Origin: a virus
Taxonomy: Duplodnaviria > Heunggongvirae > Uroviricota > Caudoviricetes
Virus record (IMG/VR): IMGVR_UViG_2537562195_000010
Reading direction: 5' to 3' (one strand)
Length of the DNA: 53,150 nucleotides
Of this stretch, positions 26,083 to 34,716 are shown in pieces. The notes under the pieces were generated by a model. The model searched no databases, was not told the origin of the DNA, and saw nothing but the letters and a program-made list of their open reading frames with translations. Positions within the stretch are counted from its first letter, which is position 1. Each line of letters begins with the position of its first letter. Made by a program: the position numbers and the translations under genes.

Positions 26083-26616
26083 ATGAACACCAAAATCAAA
26101 TACGGCCTGTCGGCTGCCGTTCTGGCGCTGATTGCCGCAGGGGCGCCTGCGCCTGATATTCTCGACCAGTTTCTGGATGAAAAAGAAGGTAACCACACCA
26201 CGGCATACCGTGATGGTGCGGGTATCTGGACCATTTGTCGTGGTGCCACCAGGGTGGATGGCAAACCTGTCGTCCCGGGCATGAAGTTGTCGAAGAAAAA
26301 ATGCGACCAGGTTAACGCCATTGAGCGTGATAAGGCGCTGGCATGGGTGGAGAAAAACATCAAAGTGCCACTGACTGAACCCCAGAAAGCGGGTATTGCG
26401 TCATTCTGTCCTTACAACATTGGCCCCGGTAAGTGTTTCAGCTCAACGTTTTACCGGAAACTGAACGCCGGAGACCGTAAAGGCGCATGTGCTGAAATTC
26501 GTCGCTGGATATATGACGGTGGTCAGGACTGCCGTATTCGTTCAAACAACTGTTACGGTCAGGTATCCCGTCGTGACCAGGAGAGCGCGCTGGCGTGCTG
26601 GGGAATCGACAGATAA
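26083..26616 (+). CDS. SAR endolysin (phage lysozyme, R21-like)
   Basis: 177 aa; G/A-rich weakly hydrophobic N-terminal SAR segment 'GLSAAVLALIAAGAPAP'; lysozyme catalytic region 'DEKEGNHTTAYRDGAGIWTICRGAT'; pairs with the pinholin. Confidence 0.85.
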   Translation: MNTKIKYGLSAAVLALIAAGAPAPDILDQFLDEKEGNHTTAYRDGAGIWTICRGATRVDGKPVVPGMKLSKKKCDQVNAIERDKALAWVEKNIKVPLTEPQKAGIASFCPYNIGPGKCFSSTFYRKLNAGDRKGACAEIRRWIYDGGQDCRIRSNNCYGQVSRRDQESALACWGIDR

Positions 26617-26889
26617 GCAGAATATTTTGCTGAAAAATGATGTTGGCCAACGCGGGCGGATAACACGAAATCCTGCGAACTGGCAAAACCTAAGTGAATA
26701 AAGTCAGGAACATTGTTTCACGCAGAGGCACCGTAATGGTGCCTTTGTCATTTCTGCGCTTCGCACAAGCGTAAATAAACCAAAGAACCTTTCAGGATGA
26801 GCCCTGGTGGATAACCGGCAGTGGTCTGGTTAACCCTCTTTGGGCTGGTTATTCCTGTGCGCAGGGTTCATTACTAAAAGGAATCAACC

Positions 26890-27585
26890 ATGAAAGAGAT
26901 GATTTCTGTCGATCATGAAATATCCATGAGTAGTCTGGATTTTCTGAATAACATTATTAATCCAGCCCGGGCAGAAGCCGGAGAAGTCCCTCATGAACCG
27001 CGTAAGTTTCTTGCAAAAATTGAGGATGAACTTGAGCTTGATGGAACCGGAAAAAAATTCCGGTTAAACAATAACCAGACAAGAACGGCATACTATGATC
27101 TGGATTTTGACCAGATGATGCTCGTTGGCATGAGGGAGTCAAAGGCCGTTCGTCGTTCTGTGCTGGCAAGACTCAAAGCGATGCATGGTATTCAGATCCC
27201 CCGGACTTTACCTGAGGCGTTGCGATTTGCGGCAAAACTGGCAGAACAGAAAGCAGTGCTGGAAAATCAACTGGCAATAGCAGCGCCGAAGGCTGAATTT
27301 GTTGATAACTATGTTGAAGCATCTGGTCTGATGGGATTCCGGGAAGTTGCTAAGTTACTCGGTATCAAAGAAACCGATTTCCGGCTGTTTTTGTTGGAGA
27401 ACGGAATAATGTATCGCCTCGCTGGAAAAATGACGCCTTACTCGCATCACCTGGATGCGGGGCGGTTTAGCGTGAAAACGGGCGAGGCGGGCAATGGTCA
27501 TGCTTTTACGCAGGTTAAATTCACCCCAAAAGGTGTTCAGTGGATTGCTGGTCTGCTTGCTGCATGGAGAGCTACCGCAGCATGA
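26890..27585 (+). CDS. Antirepressor (KilA-C domain protein)
   Basis: 231 aa; C-terminal region '...FVDNYVEASGLMGFREVAKLLGIKETDFRLFLLENGIMYR...' is the KilA-C/Ant pattern; located in the lysis cassette as in Shiga-toxin phages. Confidence 0.7.
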   Translation: MKEMISVDHEISMSSLDFLNNIINPARAEAGEVPHEPRKFLAKIEDELELDGTGKKFRLNNNQTRTAYYDLDFDQMMLVGMRESKAVRRSVLARLKAMHGIQIPRTLPEALRFAAKLAEQKAVLENQLAIAAPKAEFVDNYVEASGLMGFREVAKLLGIKETDFRLFLLENGIMYRLAGKMTPYSHHLDAGRFSVKTGEAGNGHAFTQVKFTPKGVQWIAGLLAAWRATAA

Positions 27586-27679
27586 AGATGATAAAAATGG
27601 ACTGGAAATTTTTGCTGGTCTGGCTGATTCCGTTTTTATGGGTGGTTGCCCGGTTAATTACTGCTATTAAGGGGTAAAG

Positions 27680-27811
27680 ATGTCAGACAAACTCATAACG
27701 CTGGCGAAGGGCCTTTGTGTAATCGTCGGTATTTCATTTTCACTAATGCTGGTTGTTCTTTTTCTTTCCATAACCTGGATGGCGTTGACTTCGGCAGGGC
27801 TGGTGGGGTGA
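27680..27811 (+). CDS. Small hydrophobic peptide (43 aa)
   Basis: '[43 protein letters not shown]'; AAGGGG RBS; stop overlaps the candidate GTG start of Rz. Confidence 0.3.
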   Translation: MSDKLITLAKGLCVIVGISFSLMLVVLFLSITWMALTSAGLVG

Positions 27812-27822
27812 GCATAAACCGA

Positions 27823-28281
27823 ATGCTTTCCGCGTTTACCGTTATTCTGCTGGTGGTCTGTGGTGCGCTTAGTCTGGGGCTGAATCATTACCGCGATAAC
27901 GCCATCACCTACAAAGCGCAGCGCGATAAAAAAGCCAGAGAGCTGGAGCTGGCAAACGCAACCATTACTGATATGCAGGTGCGCCAGCGCGATGTTGCTG
28001 CGCTCGATGCAAAATACTCGAGGGAATTAGCCGATGCGAGAGCTGAAAATGAAACTCTGCGTGCTGATGTTGCCGCTGGTCGTAAGCGCCTGCGGATCAA
28101 CGCCACCTGCTCCGGTACCGTGCGTGAAGCCACCGGCACCTCCGGCGTGGGCAATGATGCCGCCGTCGAGCTCTCTCCGGTTGCTGGACGAAACGTTCTC
28201 GGTATCAGAGACGGAATCATCAGCGACCAGGCTGCATTGAGAATGCTTCAGGAATATATCCGCACTCAGTGTATTAACTAG
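27823..28281 (+). CDS. Rz i-spanin
   Basis: 152 aa from '[36 protein letters not shown]...'; N-terminal TM anchor plus coiled-coil periplasmic domain; alternative GTG start at 27808. Confidence 0.8.
   Translation: MLSAFTVILLVVCGALSLGLNHYRDNAITYKAQRDKKARELELANATITDMQVRQRDVAALDAKYSRELADARAENETLRADVAAGRKRLRINATCSGTVREATGTSGVGNDAAVELSPVAGRNVLGIRDGIISDQAALRMLQEYIRTQCIN
28034..28240 (+). CDS. Rz1 o-spanin (lipoprotein embedded in the +1 frame of Rz)
   Basis: '[39 protein letters not shown]...': lipobox VSAC and Pro-rich mature part; fully nested in Rz. Confidence 0.7.
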   Translation: MRELKMKLCVLMLPLVVSACGSTPPAPVPCVKPPAPPAWAMMPPSSSLRLLDETFSVSETESSATRLH

Positions 28282-28304
28282 TATTTTTGTTATCCGGAGA
28301 ATGC

Positions 28305-28529
28305 ATGAAGAAATTACTGGTAACCGTAAAGCCTTTTCAGGGAACAATTCCGTTCCGTATTTTGCAGCGTGGTCGTGTTCTTGTTGAAGGTTCGTTCAGT
28401 GGTAAATGTACGCAATTACACTCCCGGACCTTTCAGGTGAATGCCACGAATGAAGAGCTAACCGTTGAGTGTACGATGAATGCCGCTAAATGCCGTATGG
28501 TATCGGCTGCATTACAGCCAGTGTGTTGA
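28305..28529 (+). CDS. Hypothetical protein
   Basis: 74 aa from 'MKKLLVTVKPFQG...'; GGAGA RBS at 6 nt. Confidence 0.4.
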   Translation: MKKLLVTVKPFQGTIPFRILQRGRVLVEGSFSGKCTQLHSRTFQVNATNEELTVECTMNAAKCRMVSAALQPVC

Positions 28530-28867
28530 GCGACCTTATTATCCATGCGCGGTATTGTCGCCGTATTCCCGTATTAACAGAGACCGCAGCCCGACAGGGA
28601 GACTCCTCTGCGCGAGTGTGCGGGGATAATCAAAAACGATACACACCGGGGTTTACCGCGTTAACGGAGCGCGGCGTTGTCCCCTCATGGTCGCTGGTCC
28701 GGTGCGATGGTGGAAGAAACCGGACGATGTGTTACCTCGCAAGACCTGTTATGTCATGTGTCTGATTTGTGATTTAAGTCGGATAATTGTCGTTGCCATT
28801 AAGCAGAGGATTGATGGCCGACAGGGTGGCATTGTTAGAATAAGACTTATTCTTATCTGTGCCGGGA

Positions 28868-29200
28868 ATGAAAATGAAAAGAAATCTTCCGTTAATTATT
28901 TTGTTGTCTTCTCTGGTTATGGGCTGTACGCAACATAAAACAGATATGCCCCGACAGTTGGTTAAGGCATTACCACAATATCCGGCCTATGCAGCGGCAA
29001 ATTATATAAAGGGACGGGTTGATGTGAAGTTTGATATTGGTGCTGATGGTACTGTCACCCGAATTGAGTTTATCCGTTCAGAGCCGCACCATCTGTTTGA
29101 TGAGCAGGTTGTAAAGGCGATGGCAAAATGGCGATTTGAGAAGGACAGGCCGCGTAAAGGCGTGAAGAAAACGTTTATCTTTAGTCCTTCTGCACCCTGA
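28868..29200 (+). CDS. Lipoprotein with TonB C-terminal domain
   Basis: 'MKMKRNLPLIILLSSLVMGC' lipoprotein signal (lipobox LVMGC) followed by 'LPQYPAYAAANYIKGRVDVKFDIGADGTVTRIEFIRSEPHHLFDEQVVKAMAKWRFE', the TonB_C signature (YP..A......G.V.V.F.I..DG.V....I..S.....FD..A..A...WRF); start could also be GTG 28859 or ATG 28874. Confidence 0.7.
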   Translation: MKMKRNLPLIILLSSLVMGCTQHKTDMPRQLVKALPQYPAYAAANYIKGRVDVKFDIGADGTVTRIEFIRSEPHHLFDEQVVKAMAKWRFEKDRPRKGVKKTFIFSPSAP

Positions 29201-29331
29201 TTATTTCATCAGAAATTAATTATCACTCTGTTGTTATTCTGTACATCCCGGCTGGGTAAGTCTTGTTCCGCCGGGTATGAAGATGAAATATTGTTGGAGG
29301 ACAGTGGGTACCTGCTCCTGTAACCGAACGT

Positions 29332-29532
29332 TCATTTCTCGTTATTTGTCATGCTGGCCGGACGCAGATGCGTTGCATCTGTTGCCAGCCTTCTCCTGCA
29401 GGCTTCAATAACCCACGCTGAAAAGTTACCGGACCCTTTATGCTCAAGGGCGATGTTGATCTGTTCAATCATGTGATTGGGGAAACGGATATTGCGGGTT
29501 GTGGTTCTGCGGGTCCGGTTTTTCGATGACAT
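29332..29532 (-). CDS. Ribbon-helix-helix-like small DNA-binding protein
   Basis: 66 aa from 'MSSKNRTRRTTTRNIRFPNHMIEQINIALEHKGSGNFSAWVIEACRRRL'; beta-strand plus two helices pattern; AAGGAAA RBS on the minus strand. Confidence 0.45.
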   Translation of the reverse strand: MSSKNRTRRTTTRNIRFPNHMIEQINIALEHKGSGNFSAWVIEACRRRLATDATHLRPASMTNNEK

Positions 29533-29573
29533 ATTTATTTCCTTTACTGATTGCCATATGACGGGGATTTTAC

Positions 29574-29939
29574 ATGGCTCAGCTTCGTACACTCCAGAGC
29601 AGAATCAAAACACTGAATACCCGACGGGTGAATATTCTGAAGGGTGAACAGCGTCGTGTCAGTGGCAGTGCACGTGTTTCCCTCAAGCGTCATATCTGGC
29701 TCAGGGACGCCGGGCAGTGCTGTCTCTGTGGTCGTGTGGTTGACCTCTGTGACAGTGAACTCGATCACCGAATTGCACTTCAGTTCGGTGGTGGTAATGA
29801 GGAGACGAATCTCTGGACGCTCTGTACCGAATGCCATCGACAAAAGTCTGCTCGTGAAGCGGCGGGTGGTATGCCGGACCCGACGCTGCCGGAGGTGTCC
29901 GGAGGTAGTGACAGAGCGGACGACATCATCGGACTGTAA
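29574..29939 (+). CDS. HNH endonuclease (terminase-associated)
   Basis: 121 aa; 'CCLCGRVVDLCDSELDHRIALQFGGGNEETNLWTLCTECHRQK' HNH/zinc-finger motif; directly upstream of the terminase genes. Confidence 0.8.
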   Translation: MAQLRTLQSRIKTLNTRRVNILKGEQRRVSGSARVSLKRHIWLRDAGQCCLCGRVVDLCDSELDHRIALQFGGGNEETNLWTLCTECHRQKSAREAAGGMPDPTLPEVSGGSDRADDIIGL

Positions 29940-30030
29940 CCCGACCCGGGGGGGTATCATCCGGCGTAAAAAACGATCGCTTTGGACACCGCGCCCCCTC
30001 TCACGCAGAGAAAAAATTCCCGTTTCAGGG

Positions 30031-30155
30031 CAGTTAACATGTTAACTGGCTGTCCGGGCATTTTTGCGGTTTTTATCTTTATTATTCAGTTTGTTGCGTG
30101 GAAAAAATGTTAACAGGCTTTTTCAGCAAATGTTAACCAGGCAGCAGTTAACATT
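30031..30155. promoter_or_regulatory. Cluster of GTTAAC-centred inverted repeats (candidate terminase recognition sites or operator)
   Basis: Seen directly: 18-bp perfect palindrome 'CAGTTAACATGTTAACTG' (30031-30048), 'AATGTTAACAGG' (~30106-30117) and 'CAAATGTTAACC...GTTAACATTTG' inverted pair (30128-30156), ending 6 nt before the terS ORF. Confidence 0.4.
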
Positions 30156-30161
30156 TGCGGC

Positions 30162-30791
30162 ATGAGACGCCGGGAAAAATGGCTGAACCATACCCGGCTG
30201 AGTGCGTTCTGGACCCGGGAGGAGGCTGTGCTGACAACGCAAAAACGAAAATTTGCGCTGGCGCTCATGTCCGGGAAAAACAAAACAGCGTCAGCCATTG
30301 CCGCCGGTTATTCGGCGAAGACAGCCAGGGTTAAAGGCTCGCAGCTGGCAAAAGATCCGGAGGTGCTTGCGTTTATAGCCCGTAAACAGTGCGAGACGGT
30401 GGAGGTGGATGAGGTTCCTGTTTACCGGCAGAAAAAATCAGAGCAGGAGGATAAACCCCGTCGCCGTGAGGCGGCTGCAATACCACAGCCGGACGAAACA
30501 AATCCGGAGATGCCACCGCCCGTGGTGATATCTCCTGGTATTGAGTATATGGAGGACGGTCTTCCCGATCCGGTGAAAGCGATGGGGCGTCTTCTGGTGG
30601 AGAACATTAATACCGACCCCAGGCTGGCGCTGGATGCGGCTTATAAGCTGGCGCAGTTCACGCACCACAAAAAAGGGGATGCCGGTAAAAAATCGGCAAA
30701 AGGTGACGCGGCGAAAAAAGCGGCTAACCGTTTTGCGGTGCCACCACCACCCCGACTGGTGGTGAATAATGATAATGAGGGCAACGGATGA
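30162..30791 (+). CDS. Terminase small subunit
   Basis: 209 aa; N-terminal HTH-like 'LTTQKRKFALALMSGKNKTASAIAAGYSAKTARVKGSQLAKDPEV'; directly upstream of and overlapping terL; alternative GTG start at 30228 with GGGAGGAGG RBS. Confidence 0.75.
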   Translation: MRRREKWLNHTRLSAFWTREEAVLTTQKRKFALALMSGKNKTASAIAAGYSAKTARVKGSQLAKDPEVLAFIARKQCETVEVDEVPVYRQKKSEQEDKPRRREAAAIPQPDETNPEMPPPVVISPGIEYMEDGLPDPVKAMGRLLVENINTDPRLALDAAYKLAQFTHHKKGDAGKKSAKGDAAKKAANRFAVPPPPRLVVNNDNEGNG

Positions 30792-32449
30792 TACCAGTGT
30801 GGAGCACGGCCTGCCCGGACTGGGCAGAGCGCCTGAAAAAGGGGCTGTCGATTATTCCGGCCCCGATTTATTCGGATCAGGCTGCACATGCACTGGCGAT
30901 TTTTAAACAACTGCGGATTGTGGATGCACCGGGCAGCCCGACGTTCGGGGAGTCCTGCGCACAGTGGGTGTTTGACCTGGTGGCGGCCCTGTTTGGCTCC
31001 TACGATGCGCAGACCGGTGTACGCCATATCAAGGAAGTTTTTATCCTTATCCCCAAGAAAAACAGCAAGTCCACGCTGGCTGCCGGGATCATGATGACGG
31101 CGCTGTTACTGAACTGGCGGCAGGCGGCGGGCTACACCATTCTGGCCCCGACCGTGGAGGTGGCGGCTAACGCCTTTAATCCTGCGCGGGATATGGTACG
31201 ACGGGACGATGATCTGGATGACCTCTGCCAGGTGCAGACACATATCCGGACCATCACCCACAGGGTGACGGACACCACCCTTAAGGTGGTGGCTGCCGAT
31301 CCGAATACGGTATCCGGTATCAAGTCCGTGGGGACGCTGATTGATGAACTGTGGTTATTTGGCAAGCAGTACAAAGCGGAGGACATGTTACGTGAAGCCA
31401 TAGGCGGCCTTGCCTCCCGCCCGGAAGGGTTTGTGGTGTATACGACCACCCAGTCGAATGAGCCGCCAGCCGGGGTGTTCAGACAGAAACTGCAGTACGC
31501 CCGGGATGTCCGTGACGGCAAAATTCATGATCCGCACTTTCTGCCGGTGATATTTGAGCATCCGCCGGAGATGGTGGAGCGCGGTGAGCACCTGCTGATG
31601 GAAAACCTCGCCATGGTCAATCCGAATCTCGGTTATTCGGTGGATGAGGCTTTTCTGTACCGGGAGTACCGTAAAGCCCGGGAGGCTGGTGAGGAAGCAT
31701 TTCGTGGCTTCATGTCAAAACATGCCAATGTGGAAATTGGTCTTGCCCTGCGTTCTGACCGCTGGACGGGTGCGGATTTCTGGGAGCAGCAGGGCAGGCG
31801 CGTCAGCCTGGACGATATCCTGCAGCGCGCTGATGTGGTGACGGTGGGGATTGACGGCGGGGGCCTGGATGATCTGCTGGGAATGTACGTGATTGGCCGT
31901 GACAGGGAAACCCGCGAATGGCTGGGCTGGGGCCATGCCTGGGCGCATGAAACCGCGGTGGTCAGACGGAAGAGTGAGGCATCCCGGTTTCAGGATTTTG
32001 TGGCCTGTGGAGATATGACGATTGTCCGTCGGGTCGGGGATGACACGGCGGAAGTGGCGGAGTATGTGCGTCGTATTCATGAGGCTGAGTTACTGGAGCA
32101 TATCGGTATTGACCCGTCAGGTGTGGGGCAGATTCTGGATTCACTGGCGGAAGCCGGGATCCCCGACGGAATTGTTGTGGGGATAAGCCAGGGCTGGAAG
32201 CTGGGCGGGGCCATAAAAACCACCGAGCGCAAACTGGCTGAGGGAGTGCTGGTGCATGGTGGTCAGCCACTGATGGCCTGGTGCGTTGGCAATGCCCGGG
32301 TGGAGCCGAAAGGTAACGCCATCCTTATTACCAAACAGGCCAGCGGACGGGGGAAAATTGACCCGCTGATGGCGCTCTTCAATGCGGTATCCCTGATGTC
32401 CCTGAATCCGGAGCCGAAAAAGAAAGAATATGCGGTTTTTTTCATATAA
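30788..32449 (+). CDS. Terminase large subunit
   Basis: 553 aa; ATPase region and C-terminal nuclease-like region (e.g. 'VTVGIDGGGLDDLLGMYVIGRD') typical of HK97-type large terminases. Confidence 0.9.
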   Translation: MIPVWSTACPDWAERLKKGLSIIPAPIYSDQAAHALAIFKQLRIVDAPGSPTFGESCAQWVFDLVAALFGSYDAQTGVRHIKEVFILIPKKNSKSTLAAGIMMTALLLNWRQAAGYTILAPTVEVAANAFNPARDMVRRDDDLDDLCQVQTHIRTITHRVTDTTLKVVAADPNTVSGIKSVGTLIDELWLFGKQYKAEDMLREAIGGLASRPEGFVVYTTTQSNEPPAGVFRQKLQYARDVRDGKIHDPHFLPVIFEHPPEMVERGEHLLMENLAMVNPNLGYSVDEAFLYREYRKAREAGEEAFRGFMSKHANVEIGLALRSDRWTGADFWEQQGRRVSLDDILQRADVVTVGIDGGGLDDLLGMYVIGRDRETREWLGWGHAWAHETAVVRRKSEASRFQDFVACGDMTIVRRVGDDTAEVAEYVRRIHEAELLEHIGIDPSGVGQILDSLAEAGIPDGIVVGISQGWKLGGAIKTTERKLAEGVLVHGGQPLMAWCVGNARVEPKGNAILITKQASGRGKIDPLMALFNAVSLMSLNPEPKKKEYAVFFI

Positions 32450-32512
32450 CCCTGTTCACCCTGTAACCATCATGGACCGCTGCGGCGGTTTTTTTATTTT
32501 CAGGAGGCTGAT

Positions 32513-34450
32513 GTGACTCTTAAACGGGCCTGCTCCCTGCTGACGGTGAAATCCTTCAGTGAGGATGAGCGGGTGATCACCGGGATTGCGTCAACGCCTT
32601 CTCCGGATCGGGATGGTGACATCCTGGAGCCGGAGGGCGCGGAGTTTGGCAGTGCGATCCCGTTTCTCTGGCAGCATGACCATTCCCGCCCGGTGGGGCA
32701 GTGTACGGTGCGCCGCGTCAGCGAAGGGCTGGAAATCACGGCAACACTGGCGAAGCCCGTGCCGGATATGCCATCGCAACTGGCTGCCAGGCTGGATGAG
32801 GCCTGGGCGGCCATTAAGACCGGGCTGGTCAGGGGGCTGTCCGTGGGCTTCCGTCCTCATGAATACACCTTTCTGGACGGAGGCGGACTGCATTTTCTGC
32901 GCTGGGAGCTGATGGAGGTGTCTGCCGTCACCGTGCCCGCGAATGCGGAATGCACCATCCGGACCATTAAATCTTACGACCGCCAGTTTTCTGCCGCGTC
33001 CGGCAACCGGAAACCGGTGGTGAAAATCGCATCTTCTGCCGGCGCTGCGGCACAGTCAACAACCGTTTTTCATAAGGAAAAGACCATAATGAATATTGGC
33101 GAACAGATTAAAAGTTTTGAAAACAAGCGTGCAGCACTGGCAGCCTCCCTTGAGGAGGTCATGACCAAAGCCGCAGAGGAAGGGCGAACGCTGGATGTGG
33201 AGGAGGAAGAGCATTACGACAACACCGCAGCGGAAATACGTCAGGTGGATGCGCACCTGAAGCGCCTGCGTGAACTGGAAGCCGGTAAGGCCGCCACGGC
33301 GCAGCCGGTGAAACAGGCCGGTAACGGGAATGTGGCCGCGGTGGCTTCTGCGCCGGTGATCCGTGTGGAGCAGAAACTGGATAAGGGGATTGGTTTCGCA
33401 CGTTTTGCCAAATCGCTGGCTGCGGCTAAAGGTGTCCGCTCTGAAGCCCTGGAAGTGGCCCGTCGTCAGTATCCGGATGACAGTCGTCTGCATCATGTCC
33501 TGAAATCGGCAGTGGGCGCGGGGACCACCACGGATCCGCAGTGGGCAGGCAGCCTGTCTGAATATCAGGAATACGCACAGGACTTTATTGATTACCTGCG
33601 TCCTCAGACCATTATCGGGCGATTTGGTCAGGGCGGGATCCCTGCACTTCGTCAGGTGCCGTTCAATATCCGTGTGCACGCCCAGGTGTCGGGCGGTGCT
33701 GCCGGCTGGGTGGGGGAGGGTAAGGCAAAACCCCTGACGAAGTTTGATTTTGAATCCATCACCTTCAGTCATGCGAAGGTGTCGGCCATTGCGGTACTGA
33801 CGGAAGAATTGATCCGTTTTTCCAGTCCGGCTGCTGATGCACTGGTCCGTAATGCGCTGGCGGAAGCGGTGGTGGCGCGTCTGGATACAGACTTTGTGGA
33901 CCCGAAAAAAGCGGCGGTGGCAGATGTCTCCCCGGCGTCCATCACCCATGATGTGAAGGGCACGGCCTCAAGCGGTAACCCGGATGCGGATGCAGAGGCG
34001 GCGTTTGGACAGTTTGTTGCAGCAAACCTGCAGCCCACCGGTGCGGTCTGGCTGATGTCCAGCACCAATGCTCTGGCGCTGTCCATGCGTAAAAATGCGC
34101 TGGGTCAGAAAGAATACCCGGACATGACCCTGCTGGGTGGCTCCTTCCAGGGGCTGCCGGTGATTGTCTCCCAGTACGTGGGTGACCAACTGGTGCTGGT
34201 GAATGCCCCGGATATTTATCTGGCGGATGACGGCGGCGTGGCAGTGGATATGTCCCGCGAGGCATCACTGGAAATGCAGTCTGAGCCGACCGGCGACAGT
34301 ACCACGCCGTCGCCGGTGGAGCTGGTTTCCATGTTCCAGACAGGCAGCGTGGCCATCCGTGCGGAGCGCTGGATCAACTGGCGTCGTCGCCGTACCGCGG
34401 CGGTGGCGGTGATCACCGGAGTGAACTATGGCAGTGCGTCCGGCGGCTGA
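32513..34450 (+). CDS. Prohead protease fused to HK97-fold major capsid protein
   Basis: 645 aa; GTG start with AGGAGG RBS; N-terminal ~170 aa HK97 prohead-protease-like, central coiled-coil delta/scaffold-like segment, C-terminal HK97-type capsid region. Confidence 0.85.
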   Translation: MTLKRACSLLTVKSFSEDERVITGIASTPSPDRDGDILEPEGAEFGSAIPFLWQHDHSRPVGQCTVRRVSEGLEITATLAKPVPDMPSQLAARLDEAWAAIKTGLVRGLSVGFRPHEYTFLDGGGLHFLRWELMEVSAVTVPANAECTIRTIKSYDRQFSAASGNRKPVVKIASSAGAAAQSTTVFHKEKTIMNIGEQIKSFENKRAALAASLEEVMTKAAEEGRTLDVEEEEHYDNTAAEIRQVDAHLKRLRELEAGKAATAQPVKQAGNGNVAAVASAPVIRVEQKLDKGIGFARFAKSLAAAKGVRSEALEVARRQYPDDSRLHHVLKSAVGAGTTTDPQWAGSLSEYQEYAQDFIDYLRPQTIIGRFGQGGIPALRQVPFNIRVHAQVSGGAAGWVGEGKAKPLTKFDFESITFSHAKVSAIAVLTEELIRFSSPAADALVRNALAEAVVARLDTDFVDPKKAAVADVSPASITHDVKGTASSGNPDADAEAAFGQFVAANLQPTGAVWLMSSTNALALSMRKNALGQKEYPDMTLLGGSFQGLPVIVSQYVGDQLVLVNAPDIYLADDGGVAVDMSREASLEMQSEPTGDSTTPSPVELVSMFQTGSVAIRAERWINWRRRRTAAVAVITGVNYGSASGG

Positions 34451-34494
34451 GTCTGATAAGGAGGACGGGAGGCGTGTGCCTCCCGTAACAGGTT

Positions 34495-34716
34495 ATGGCA
34501 AAGATCCGATATCTGCAGGGCACGCATGATGCCCGGGCCGGGGATATCCGTGATGTGGCACAGCCGTGTGCGGAGGTGCTGGTTCGCCTGGGAAAGGCGG
34601 AGTACATCACGGTGCGACGTCCGGCAGGTCAGAAAAAGAAACGTGATGCGGAGCATGGCGAATGTGGAACCTTTTACGGCGAACCCGAAAAAACCAGAAA
34701 TCAGGACGTGACGTAA
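34495..34716 (+). CDS. Small hypothetical protein (weak call)
   Basis: 73 aa ORF 'MAKIRYLQGTHDARAGDIRDVAQPCAEVLVRLGKAEYITVRR...' between capsid and portal; weak RBS. Confidence 0.3.
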   Translation: MAKIRYLQGTHDARAGDIRDVAQPCAEVLVRLGKAEYITVRRPAGQKKKRDAEHGECGTFYGEPEKTRNQDVT

